NCBI RefSeq assembly: GCF_964213995.1
Contig: NW_027590205.1
Coordinates: 124,001 to 188,000 of the forward strand
Source of the DNA: Mustelus asterias
Taxonomy: Eukaryota
DNA: 64,000 nucleotides
Direction: 5' to 3'
Numbering within the stretch: the first letter of the stretch is position 1; every line of letters starts with the position of its first letter. The translations under genes and the position numbers were made by a program. Below, piece by piece: positions 23,966 to 36,954 of this stretch. The notes under the pieces are model-generated. The model had not been told where the DNA came from. It saw only the letters and a program-made list of their open reading frames with translations, and made no database searches.

Positions 23966-26900
23966 AGTGGTCGTCTCTCATAGCAGGAAGGGCTTGGCTC
24001 TTAGTGAGCAATTAATGGAGGGGTCACCTGTGGTTCTCCCCCTCCAAAACAAGTATATTGTTTTGGATAGTGTGGAGGAGGATGACTCTCCAGGGGGAAG
24101 CCACAGTGACCAGGTCACTGGCACAGAGTCAGGTTCTGTGGCCCGGAAAGGAAAGAGAGGAATTCGGAGAGCAATAGTGGTGGGGGACCCGTCGGTTAGA
24201 GGCACGGACAGGCGATTCTGTGGGTGCGAACGGGACTCCAGGATGGTAGTCTGCCTACCTGGTGTTGGGGTACTGGATGTCTCCGAGCGGATAGGAGGCA
24301 TATTAAAAGGGGAAGATGAAGAAACCGATGTCGTTGTATACATTGGTGCAAATGACGTAGATAGGAAGTGCAGGGGGATCCTACGAGAGCAATTCAGGGA
24401 GTTGGGAAATAGGCGAAAAGGCAGGGCCTCCAGGGTGGCAATATCTGGGCTGCTCCCAATGCCTCGTGCCAGTGAGGCTAGGAATAGGGAGTTAATACAA
24501 TTGAACACTTGGCTAAAGGACTGGTACAGGAGAGAGGGCTTCATTTTCCTGGATCATTGGGAAGTTTTCAAGAGAGGATGGCACCTGTACAAGAAGGATG
24601 GGTCACAACTAAATTGGAAGGGCACGAATATCCTGGCTGGGAGTTTTGCTCGTGCAGTTCGGGTGGGTTTAAACTAACATGGCAGTGGGGTGGGGATCAA
24701 AAAATTAGGTCGACAAGTGTAGAGGCTGGGGACAGGCTTGGGGCTGGGACAAGGCTGGCAAAGAAGAAGAGCACTCTGGGAGAGGATGAACTCACTGGGC
24801 CTGGAGGTCTGGAGTGCATCTACTTCAAAGCTAGGAGCGTAGCAGGTAAGACAGACGAACTTAGGGCCTTAATGCTTACGAAGAATGTGGATGTAGTTGC
24901 GGTGACAGAGACTTGGTTGAAAGAGGGACAGGACTGGCAGCTGAATATTCCGGGGTACAAGTGTTTTAGCCGAGACAGAGGAGGGGCCAAAAGAGGTGGG
25001 GGAGTAGCAGTATTAGTTCGAGAACATATTACAGCGGTGCAGAGGGAGGACAATTCAGAGGGGTCGTGTAACGAGTCACTGTGGGTGGAGCTCAGAAACA
25101 GGAAGGGCGCAGTCACTATGTTGGGGGTATACTACAGGCCCCCCAACAGCCCAAGGGAAGTGGAAGAACGGATATGTCAGGAGATACTGGATAGGTGCAG
25201 GAAAAAACAGGGTTGTTGTAGTGGGAGACTTCAATTTCCCTGGTATAGACTGGAAATCGCTTAGAGCTGGGACTCTGAATGGGGAGGAATTTGTAAAATG
25301 CGTACAGGAAGGTTCTTTGGAACAATATGTAGATAGCCCGACTAGAGGGGGGGCTATACTGGACCTAGTACCGGGGAATGAGCCCGGTCAGGTCTTCAAA
25401 GTTTCAGTAGGGGAACATGTGGCAAATAGTGACCACAATTCTGTTAGCTTTAGGATAGCGATGGAAAAGGATGAGTGGTGTCCCAAGGGTAAGGTGTTGA
25501 ATTGGGGGAAGGATAACTTTAGTGGGATTAGGCAGAAATTGGCAGTTGTTGATTGGGAGAGGCTGTTTGAGGGTAAATCCACAACTGGCATGTGGGAGTC
25601 TTTTAAGGAAAAGTTGTTAGGGCTGCAGGACAGGCATGTGCCTGTAAAAAAGAAGGATAGGTAGGGTAGGATTCGAGAACCGTGGATAAACAGGGAAATT
25701 GAGGGACTGGTCAAAAAGAAAAGAGAGGCGAACGTTAGGTCCAGGCAGTTAAAAACGGAGGGACCTCTGGAGGAATACAAAGAAAGTAGGAAAGAACTCA
25801 AACGAGGAATTAGAACGGCAAAAAGGGGTCACGAAATGTTCTTGGCAGACAGGATTAAGGAGAATTCCAAGGCATTTTATTCATACGTTAGGAACAAAAG
25901 GGTTGTCAGGGAAAAAAATCAGACCTCTCAGGGACAAAAGTGGGGAATTATGCTTGGAGCCCAAAGAAGTAGGGGAGATCCTAAATGAATACTTTGCATC
26001 GGAATTCACAAAGGAGAGGAATGTGTTGACTGGGAGTGTCTCGGAGGGGAGTGTTGAACCATTAGAGAAAATCTCCATTACAATGGAGGAAGTGTTAGGT
26101 TTTTTAGAGAATATAAAGACTGACAAGTCCCCAGGGCCTGATGGAATCTATCCAAGGCTGCTCAGGGAGACGACAGATGAAATCGCTGGGCCTCTGACGC
26201 AAATCTTTGTCTCATCACTGGACACAGGTGAGGTCCCAGAGGATTGGAGGATAGCTAATGTGGTCCCGTTATTTAAGAAGGGTAGGAAAGATAACCCTGG
26301 TAATTATAGGCTGGTGAGCTTGACGTCCGTGGTAGGGAAGTTGTTGGAGAGAAATCTTAGAGATAGGATGTATGCACATTTAGAAAGGAATAAACTCATT
26401 GACGATAGTCAGCATGGTTTTGTGAGAAGGAGGTCATGCCTCACTAACCTGGTGGAGTTTTTTGAAGAAGTGACCAGAATGGTTGACGAGGGACGGGCCG
26501 TGGATGTCGTCTATATGGGCGTCAGTAAGGCGTTTGACAAAGTCTCTCATGGTAGGCTGGTGCAAAAGGTTGGATCTCATGGGATAACGGGGGAGGTGGC
26601 TAGATGGGTGGAGAACTGGCTTCGTCACAGAAGACAGAGGGTGGTAGTGGAAGATTCGTTTTCCGGCTGGAGGCCTGTGACTAGTGGTGTTCCGCAGGGC
26701 TCTGTATTGGGACCTCTGCTGTTTGTGATTTACATAACTATAGGGTTCGTGGTGGGAGATACAGGAAGGATATCAGAGGTAGGTTCTTTACGCAGAGAGT
26801 GGTTGGGGTGTGGAATGGACTGCCTGCAGTGATAGTGGAGTCAGACACTTTAGGAACATTTAAGCGGTTATTGGATAGGCACATGGAGCACACCAGGATG

Positions 26901-27941
26901 ATAGGGAGTGGGATAGCTTGATCTTGGTTTCAGATAAAGCCCAGCACAACATCGTGGGCCGAAGGGCCTGTTCTGTGCTATACTGTTCTATGTTCTATGT
27001 TCTAAACGATCTGGAAGAAGATGTAACTGGGGTGATCAGTCAGTTTGCAGACGACACGAAATTGGCTGGAATTGGGGATAGTGAGGAACATTGTCAGAGG
27101 CTACAGATGGATATAGATCGGCTGGAAATTTGGGCAAAGAAATGGCAGATGGAGTTCAATCCTGATAAATGCGAAGTGATGCATTTTGGTAGAGCTAATG
27201 TAGGGAGGAGCTATGCGATAAATGGCAGAACCATAAAGGGTGTAGATACTGAAGAAGGGAAAGGGTTCATGTTTTTTGTATTCAATGACGTCACAAGTGG
27301 AGAAGGTGGTGAAGAAGGCATATGGCATGCTTGCCTTTATAGGACGGGGCATAGAGTATAAAGGTTAGGGTCTGATGTTGCAGATGCATAGAACGTTGGT
27401 TCGGCCGCATTTGGAATACTGCATCCAGTTCTGGTCGCCACACTACCGGAAGGACGTGGAGGCTTTGGAGAGAGTACAGAGGAGGTTTACCAGGATGTTG
27501 CCTGGTATGGCGGGGCTTAATTATGAGGAGAGATTGGGTAAACTGGGGTTATTCTCACTGGAAAGACGGAGGATGAGGGGAGACCTAATAGAGGTGTATA
27601 AAATTATGAAAGACATAGATAGGGTGAACGGTGGGAAGCTTTTTTCCAGGTCGGTGGTGACGTTCACGGGGGGTCATAGGTTCAAGGTGAAGGGGGGTAG
27701 GTTTGACACGGATATCAGAAGGACATATTTTACACAGAGGGTGGTGGGGGCCTGGAATGCGCTGCCAGGCAAGGTGGTGGAGGTGGGCACGTTTAAGACT
27801 TATCTGGATAGCCACATGAGCCATATTCCCCACATGGGAATGGAGGGATATAAAAGAATGGTCTAGTTTGGACCAGGGGGCGGCGCGGGCTTGGAGGGCC
27901 GAAGGGCCTGTTCCTGTACTGTATTGTTCTTTGTTCTTTGT
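23966..27941 (+). mobile_element. Near-full-length CR1 LINE: ORF1 (SGNH esterase-like) plus ORF2 (APE endonuclease + RT), inactivated
   Basis: ORF1 has RAIVVGD..VRGTDRRFCG..MVVCLPG; ORF2 has VAVTETWL, VYYRPP, GDFNFP, SDH and RT motifs; several stops and frameshifts. Confidence 0.93.
26737..27004 (+). mobile_element. Short CR1 3' end nested inside the RT domain of the previous element
   Basis: Matches 20910-21170; splits the host codons FVIYI|NDLEE. Confidence 0.9.
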
Positions 27942-29349
27942 TGAAAAAAGCTTCTGACTACCCACTCTGTCAATGCCCCTCATAATCTTGTACATTTTTA
28001 TCAGGTCACCCCTCAACCTCCGTCGTTCTAGTGAGAACAACGCAAGTTTCTCCAACCTCCCCTCATAGCTAATACCCTCCATACCAGGCAACTTCCCGGT
28101 AAATCTTTTATGTACCCTCTCCAAAGCCTCCACATCTTTCGGGTAGTGTGATGACCAGAATTGAACACTATATTCCAAGTGCGGTCTAACTAAGGTTCTA
28201 TAAAGCTGCAACATGACTTGCCAATTTTTAAATTCAATGCCCCGGCTGATGAAGGCAAGCATGCCGTATGTCTTCTTGACTACCTTTTCCACCAGGGTTG
28301 CCACTTTCAATGACCTTTACACCAGATCCCTCTGCTATCAATACTCTTCAGGGTTCTGCCCTTTACTGTATATTTCCTATCTGTATTATACCTTCCAAAA
28401 TGCATTACCTCACATTTGTCCGGATTGAGCTCCATCTGCCATCTCTCCGCCCAAGCCTGTAACCGATCTATATCCTGCTGCATCCTCTGATGGTCCTCAT
28501 CGCTATCCGCAGATCTACCAATCCGCAAATCTACCAACCTTTGTTTCGTCTGCAAACTTACTAATCAATCCAGTTACATTTTCTTCCAAATCATTTATAT
28601 ATATTACAAACAGCAAAGTCCCAGCACTGATCCCTGAGGAACGCCACTTGTCACAGCCCTCCATTCAGAAACGCTTTTATTTTGGTGGTCTAACCATTAT
28701 TCTGCCGTCCCCCCACTCCCATCCTCCCCCCCCCCCCCCCCCCCCGCCCCAACCCCTTCCCCAACCCGCCGAAAAATATAACAACGAAAAACAATGGGAG
28801 TTAAGGTAATTCCTGATAGGAATGACGAATTGAAGAACAGGCTGGAAAAGCGAGAAGATCCCAAAAATGTTCCCAATATCCAAAGCGAAACGCTGCTCCT
28901 GTGCCTGGTTTAACTACATTGGCTGCAGCAGTGATTAGGGCCATTTGGAATAGGCTATAAATGTTCGCCAGGCCAGCGACTCCCACACACAATGTATTTG
29001 TTGCTTCACCCAACGGTACGTGCATTTCCGGCAGTGCCAGAATCTGTTTCCCATCCCGAATCACCATTGAACCGCGTGGCTTGCATTGACCATGGTGTTG
29101 TACTTGAAGTCTCAGGTAGTGAACCAGATGGGTTTTAACAACAATTGACTCATGGTTCGATTGTTGAATTCCAGGTTGCTTTTATTGAATTCAGATTTCT
29201 CCAACTGCCATGGCAGGAATGCAATCCTCATGTGTGTCCGAAGCTTTAGTCCTGGCTTTCTGGATTAATCGTCATGCCGTTACAACACCCCTGAAGGGGG
29301 AGGGAGGAACAATTGATCATGATGGGTTTTGTGCCCGTGTTCACCATAG

Positions 29350-29680
29350 AATATAATAATAGAATCGTAAAAACCATACACTGCAGAAAGAGGCCGTTCG
29401 GCCCATCGAATCTGCACTGATTCTCCGAAAGAGAAATCAACCCAGACCCTCCGCTCTGCCCACGGTCAATCCACCTAACCTGCACATCTGTGGGACACAA
29501 AGGTGCATTTTGTCATGGCCAATCTACCCAATCTGTACATCCTTGGACTGAGGGAGACCAGAGCACCCGGATGAAACCCACGCAGACACGGCGAGAACGT
29601 GCAAACTCAACACAGGCAGCCACCCGAGGCTGGAATCGAACCCGTACCACTGGCACTGCAGAGCTAACCACTGTGCCGAG
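29350..29680 (-). mobile_element. HE1/V-SINE-type SINE
   Basis: Reverse complement of the V-SINE core and CR1-like tail. Confidence 0.7.
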
Positions 29681-29899
29681 GACTCTGGATGACTTGCCCA
29701 GAGATCGCTCTCCCTAGCAACAAACCCATAAAACTTTCGTGTGACTTCTCAACCTGTACTTGATATTTTAAGAGGAATGATCCAGCTCTCTAACAGGAAT
29801 GGCACAAATTACACTTCTCAGTCTCGAAGTCCATGCTCTAAATTTCCTATCAGGTGTTGATTTTCTTTTGCTTCTCGGCAGCAGGGGGGTTAATCGACT

Positions 29900-30165
29900 T
29901 TGGCTTGCTTATTTTGATAGAAACTGTTGAGATAAAATGATACATGCGTTCACTGCTGATTGGGGGAACCAGGGTCTGGTTGACAAGGCGACCAACGGCA
30001 GCAGGAAGTGGGCCGAGTGTGCGGTTTCAGTCAAGAGGTCGCTGAGCCTCTCAGTTTACTCAAAGACCAGAACGTGTGGTTTAATCACCCGGGACTGGAA
30101 ACTCCAGCAGCGAGGTGGCAGTGAGGCAGTGCGGGGGGAGGTGTGAGAGGCCAGATGTTGCCAAC
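29900..30165. promoter_or_regulatory. Candidate 3' T-cell enhancer
   Basis: GATA at 29915 and 29930, Ets CAGGAAGT 30002-30009 beside Runx TGCGGTT 30020-30026, TCF/LEF-like TCAAAG near 30060, Runx TGTGGTT 30075-30081, E-box CAGATG at 30152. Confidence 0.5.
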
Positions 30166-33136
30166 TGTCGACAAGCATGAATCTTTTCAGAGACTTTCCC
30201 AGCGACTGAAGCTGCAATAGATTTCTGCAGACGACAGTTCCAAAGGCATACAGGCATCTGAGAGAAGAAACAATTATTTTCTTCGCCCTCTTTCCTATCT
30301 GTCCCGCAAAGGTTAAACATTCCGTCAGCTTCCACCCTCACACCGCTGGCCCCATTACCCCTCCGAACCCCCACCTCCCCACAACAACCGCCCCCCCCCC
30401 CGCCCAAAAAAGATCATATATGTTTCAAAAAATCATCACTCAATCTTCTGCACTCCAATGAACTCTGTCCGATCTTTCCTCGTATAACCCCATTCCAACT
30501 CCCCAATTCAGTCGAGCTTCCCCGCCTTAAGAAAGAAAATCTGCGGTCTTTACGCCGTCTGGCTTTCATGAGACTCCTGACACGCAGTATTGTTTATTCA
30601 TTCTTGGAACATGGGCGTTTATTGCCCATCTCCAGTTGCCCTTGGAGGGCAGTTGACAGTCAACCACATTGATGTGGCTCTAGACTCACGTGTTGGCCAA
30701 ACCAGGTAAGCACGGCAGATTTCCTTCCCCAAAGGACATCGTGACCCAACTGTTTTTTTCTGACAATTGGCAATGATTTTACTGTCATCAGTAGATTCGA
30801 AATTTCAGATATTTTTATTGAATTGTGTTTCAAACACGGGACCCCAGAACATTAGCTGAGTTTTTGGATTGATACTCGAGCGATAATATCACTACGCCAT
30901 TCCCTCCCCTGGGGAGATGGCCATGAGCAAACTATACTGTTCAAGGGCAATTAGCAAGAGCAACACAAAACCAGAAAATGCTGGAAAAGCTCTGCACTTC
31001 TGACATCATCTGTGAAGAGAGAATAGTGTTAGCGTTTCGAGTCCGGATGGCCCTGACGAATCGTCATCGAGACTCGAAACTTTGGCTCCATTCTCTCTCC
31101 GCAGATGCTGTCAGACCCACTGAGATATTTCAGAATGTTTTGTTTTTGTTTTGGATTATAGAATCCGCAGTCATTTGCGTTTCGGACTAGCAACAATTTT
31201 TGGCCTTGCCAATAATACTCAGCCCAATGAATGAAAATTATTGAGAAAGAATCCAAGAATTAACAAGTATCTGTTTAACCGATTCTTCAGGCAGCAACTA
31301 TTAGTGAATCAAATGAAAGTGTTGCACTCCAGTCAATCATGTCACTCATCCGGTTCATACATTAAAGAACGAGGCAATTCGGCCTAACGAGCGCATGCTT
31401 GCTATCTCAATGAGCTAAAACAAACCCCACTGCATTTGCCGTTGGCACATGTCCCTCGACATGTTATATTTTCGATTTTGTAATCATTCTCTTTCGAAAG
31501 TCACCACGGAAAATGTTTACTCTGGTCTTTGAGACAATGAATCCCAAACCCTAACAATTGGCAATGTAAACCCGACTTGCTCATCTTCGATTCAGGAACA
31601 ATTCTTGCTACGTCTCTTACACGTGCACCTTACCAAGCCACCGCGAAATTTTAATATGTATACAGTAACATACAGGGGACTGAGAAGTAGGAGTTGGTCA
31701 CTTCCGGCCTGCTCTGCCAGTAAATAAGATTATGGCTGATCTTATTATAAGCTTCTGCCAACACTGATCACCTTTCACCCTCCTTGTTTACTAAGAATCT
31801 AGCTCCTTTACTGGAGCATTGCAGCAGGCTGAGGAGGGACTCGTAGGCAGGAAGAGTGAAGATGAAAACAGGCTGTGCGTTGGAATTCTCGAAATGAGCC
31901 ACACATTTCTTTTCAGGGAAGAAACCAACGTGAACTTAAGAGGCCAAAGTGCAGCATTTCAGACAAAAACAGGAAACGCTGCTTGCATCATGCCAGCCAG
32001 TAACTGTGCAAGTGAGAAACCGAGTTAAGGTTTCAGATTGATGTCTTTGCATGAAGGCTGGAAGATGTAAGAGATGACGAGTTATTTTTATTCTTCCGCC
32101 CTATGTGGTTGCTGCAGCCTCTCGCCTCTTGTCTCACTAAACATTTCAGAAGATAGCTAAATGTCGGCCACATTTCTCTAGGTCTTGTCTCACACATAGT
32201 CCAGGTTGTAGGCAGAAAGAACATAAAAACTCGAAGCAGGAATAGGCCATCTGGCCCTCCGAGCCTGATGCGCCATTCAATAAGATCATGGCAGATGTTT
32301 TCATGGGCTCAGCTCCACTTACCCGCCCGCTCACCATAACCCTGAATTCCTTTACTGCTCAAAAATCTATCTTTGCCTTAAAAACGTTTAACGATGTAGC
32401 CTCAACTGCTTCACTGGGCAGGGATTTATACACATTCACAGCCATTTACGTGAAGAGGTTCCTTCTCTACACAGTCCAGAATCTCCTCATCTTTATTTTG
32501 AGGTCTTGTCCCTTAGTTCTAATTTCATCTGCCATGGAAACAACCTCCTTGCTTCTATCTTATCTATTCCTTTCATAATTGTATGCGTTTCTATAAGAAC
32601 CCCCATTTTCTTCCAAACTCCAATGAGCATTGGTACAACATTGGTGCGCAGAATGTGCTTTTGCAACAACGGATGACAGTTTTCTTAAGTTCTCTATTAT
32701 TCAGCCGAATTTTCAATTCTACATTTTTATTAATTAAATTTAAATTCCACCTGTCATCGTTGGTGGGATTTGAACTCGTGTTTCCAGAGCACCAGACAAT
32801 ACTTCCCCGAGCCACAGCCATTACCACGATAAAATCACAAGGGCAGCAGATACCTGAGGACACCATCAAAAGGAGATTCACCCTCCAAGCCACTCACCAT
32901 CCCGGCTTGGGAATATATCGGCAGTTCCTTCAGTACTGCCGGGTCATAATCCTGCAATTGTCAGAATTTTATATCTTTCAATGAGATCTCCCATTCTTCA
33001 GAATTTAATTGAATGCACACCTCAATCTCTCCTCAAAGGACAATGCTTAAATCCCAAGTATCAGTCTGGTGAACTTTTGGTGCACCCCATCTATAACAAG
33101 TATGTTCTTTCTCGCCTTCCTATCTAAACCCAGATT

Positions 33137-33440
33137 GGCGGGACATTGACATAGTGGTTAGCACTGCTGCATCATAGCACCAGGGACCCGGGTTCGATTC
33201 CTGGCTTGGGTCACTATCTGTGCGAAGTGTGCATGTTGTCCCCGTGTCTGCTTAGGTTTTCTCCGGGTGCTCCAGTTTCCTCCGACAGTCTGGAAGATGT
33301 ACTGGTTAGGTGCATTGACCAAGCTAAATTCTACATCAATGTACTGGAACAGGCGCCGGAGTGTGACGACTAGAGGATTTTCACAGCGACATTATTGCAG
33401 TATTAATGTAAGCCTACTTGTGACACAAATAAATAAACTT
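33137..33440 (+). mobile_element. HE1/V-SINE-type SINE
   Basis: tRNA-like head agtggttagcactgctg...gggttcgattcc plus the V-domain core. Confidence 0.75.
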
Positions 33441-34039
33441 AAAAGTTATTGCTGAATGCAAAAATTCGGTGCACTGAGGGTGCTGGGTGGGGAATTGGAT
33501 TGAACCCCTGTGCCCAGAATATTAGTCTGGGACTCTTCAGTGACCTGGTCATTGCCCTACGATCTCCACCTTCCAAATATGTTATTCAGATTTGAATTAA
33601 TTATTGAGCAACCCATATGAATGCATGAACATTTCTGTTTCAGTGTCCAGATGCGCCCTACGTCCGCCCCCTGCTGACTGCCCATTGCACAGCGGGAACA
33701 GGCGGATGCCACGATTCTCTCTGTCTTTCCTCTGGATGACCAGAGGTGCAGAAAATAATACAACTCAAACATTAGGCTGCAAACGGCAAGAACCAAAAGT
33801 ACAACTGCAGAGTCCAAAAGCAGAAAGAAAGGCACATTCTGGGCTGTTTCGACGGTTTCAGGGCATAGAAATTAATCTGTTCTTATGTGTGCTGTAGATT
33901 TGAACCTAACGGCTCAGCGCTGAAAGAGTAAATCGAAAAGTGAGCATGCGATGAGCAGGAGCTACTGTAAGTGCTTCAGTGCAAGGGAGCCCCATCAGTA
34001 AGACCAGAGCCTTGCAGTCATGGAGTATAGTGAGGAATC

Positions 34040-34810
34040 TCACTCTCTCTCTCTCTCTCACTCTCTCTCACGCACACATACCCTCACACACGCACATACA
34101 CACACTCAAATAAACACGCACACAGGAAAACGCACACTCAGACATGCACACACACTCAGGTAAACGCGCACACACACTCAGACAATCAGAAACAAACACA
34201 CATACAAACACGCACCCAAACGCACAGACAAATACACGCACACAAACACACACCCATAGGCATACACACACACTCAGACAGAAATGCAAACTCTCTTAGA
34301 CAAAAGCTGACACACACAAACACAGACGTCGACAAAGACACACAGATTACCTCTGGCAAAATAACACACACAAATATACACACGCACACACACAGATACA
34401 TACATGCACACAAGCACACGCATAGATACACACACTGTCAGATAAACACACACACAGGCACACACACACATTGACAAGCAAACACAAACACACACTCTCA
34501 GACAATACAAATATACACACACTCAAACAAGAACATAGAAACACACACACTCTCATAGAGCAGACACAAATGCTCAGACAAACTCAGACACACATACACA
34601 CACGCTGCCTCTCAGCTAAATACACACACTCAGACAATCACAAACACAGACACACACAAACAGAATTTCAGAAATCATACGCACGGATACACCCACACAG
34701 ACCCCAGACAGACACACACATGCAGTATCAAAAGAACATGCAGAGAAAGATATACACTGTTGCTCAGGGAAAACAAAAAACATACACAGACCCACACACA
34801 CAGAAACAGA
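34040..34810. repeat. Degenerate (CA)n-rich tract
   Basis: Low-complexity CA/ACAG sequence producing spurious C/V- and H/T-rich ORFs. Confidence 0.9.
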
Positions 34811-34814
34811 AAAA

Positions 34815-36250
34815 ATAGAAACCGGAAAGGCCTTTCGAGCCTTCTTCACCACTCATTATGATCATGGATGATCATCAAATTCAATATCCTGATCGTGCCT
34901 TCCCTCCAAATCCCTTGATCCCTTTAGCCCCAAGTGTTATGTCTAATTTCTTCTTGAAATCCTGCAACGTTTTGGTCATAATCACTTCCTGTGGTCGTGA
35001 ATTCCACAGATTCACCACTGTCTGGGTGATGAAGTTTCTCCTTCACCTCAGTTCGAAAGGTTTTACCCCTTATCCTCAAACTATGACCCCCCTAGTTCTC
35101 GACTCCCCAGCCGTCTGGTATATTCTTTCTGAATTTACCCTGCCTAATACATTTAGAATTTTATCAGTCGCTATGAGATTCCTTCTCACTCTTCTAAACT
35201 CCAAATAATATAATCCTAACTGACTTCGTCTCTCCTCACACGACAGACCAGGAATCAGTCTGGTAAATCTTCACTGCCCTCGCTCTGCAGTAAGGACATC
35301 CTTCCTCAGATAAGGACACCAACACTGCACACAATACTCCAGTTGTGGGCTCACCAACGCCCTATAAAATTGCAGTAAAATATCCCTATCCTTATACTCA
35401 AATGCTATCGTTATGAAGGCCAGCATACCACTTGCCTTCTTTACCGCCTGCTGAACCTGTGGTGCTTTCTTTCAGCGCCAATACACGTGGATGCCAAGCT
35501 GTCGCTGAATATTCACCTCTCAATTTATTCAAATAATAATCTGCCGTCCTATTGTTGCCACCGAAGTGGATGATCTCGCATTTGCCCACATTATACTGCA
35601 TCTTCTATGCATATGCCCATTCACTCTGCCTGTTTAAATCACGCTGAAGCATCGCTGCATCCTTCTCAGAGCTCACCCTCTCACCTAACTTTGCGTCACC
35701 TGCAAATTGGAGAAAACACATTTAGTTCCCTCTTTGAAATCAATTATACATAATATGAACAGTTGGACTCCTAGCATGGATCCCTGCGGTACCCCACTGG
35801 TCACTACCAGCCAATTGGAAAAACACTCATTTCTGCCAACTCTTTGCTTCCTATCTGCTAAGCAGCTTTCTATCCAGCTCAAGACACTATCCAGGCCACT
35901 TTTATGGTCGTACGCTATATGAGACCTTGCCGAAAGCCTTTTAAAGTCTCAATAACCCATACCCACCAGTTTTCCTTGGTCACCACTATTAGTTACATTC
36001 TCACACAATTTACCAAGCATGATTTCCCCTTTGCTAATCCATGTTTACTTCGTCTGATTTTACCACTGCCTTCCAAATGCTGAGTTATGAAATCCTTAAT
36101 AATTGATTCGAGCAATTTCCCAGTTCTAATGTTCGGCTCTTTGCCTTATGGTTCACCCTATTTCTCTCTACCTCCCTTTTTGAATGGCGGGCGTATATTA
36201 GCTACGCTCCAATCTGTAGCGACCAGTTTAGAGTCTAAATATTTTTTCGA
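34815..36250 (-). mobile_element. Decayed CR1 LINE
   Basis: MQYNVGKCEIIHFG and [12 protein letters not shown] remnants. Confidence 0.75.
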
Positions 36251-36489
36251 AAATGCCCACAAATGGATCAACTATTTGTTATGTTTCCCGCCTTCTTACT
36301 TTCATACTCTATTTTTTCCCTTCCGAATCAATTCCTTTTGTGCTGAATTGAAACTGCTCCAAATTCTCAGGTCTATGGATTTATTTGCCAATTTGCATGT
36401 TTCTTCTTCCCTTGTAAGCGATGGCTTGGCCACAGTTCCCTTACCAGTCTTCCACATCCTCTGTGCTAATATCTTTCTTCAATATCACA

Positions 36490-36802
36490 TAGGATCCCTA
36501 CAGTGCAGAAGGAGGCCATTCGGATTATTGAGTCGGCACCGACCACAATCCCAGGCCCTATTTCCGTAACCCAAATTATTTACCCTGTCAATCCCCTGAC
36601 ACGAGGGTCAATTTCGCATGGCCAATCAAGCTAACCCACACATCTTTGGACTGTGGGAGGAAACTGAGGCACCCGGAGGAAACCCACGCAGACACCGGGA
36701 GAATGTGCCAACTCCACACAGGCAGTGATCCGAGGTCGGAATTGTACCCGGGACCCTGTCACTGAGGCAGCAGTGCTAACCACTCTGCCACCGTGCTGCC
36801 CC
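36490..36802 (-). mobile_element. HE1/V-SINE-type SINE
   Basis: Reverse complement of the SINE at 37143. Confidence 0.8.
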
Positions 36803-36954
36803 GCTTTAAGAAACAATGTACTCCATTTTTTTTGTTTTCTGTCTGTCCTTCCTAAACATCGAATGGCCCTCAATGTTTAGTTCCCATCCTTGCTAACCTT
36901 GGAGCCATGTCACCATAATGCCAAGTATATCATACATTTTGATATATTTCAAAT

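Larger units (their letters stand above)
23620..28672 (-). mobile_element. Host CR1 LINE split into 23620-23965 and 27942-28672 by a nested element
   Basis: gactcttccaccctg|..aaaaagcttctgacta rejoins into the contiguous sequence seen at 17331-17365. Confidence 0.85.
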
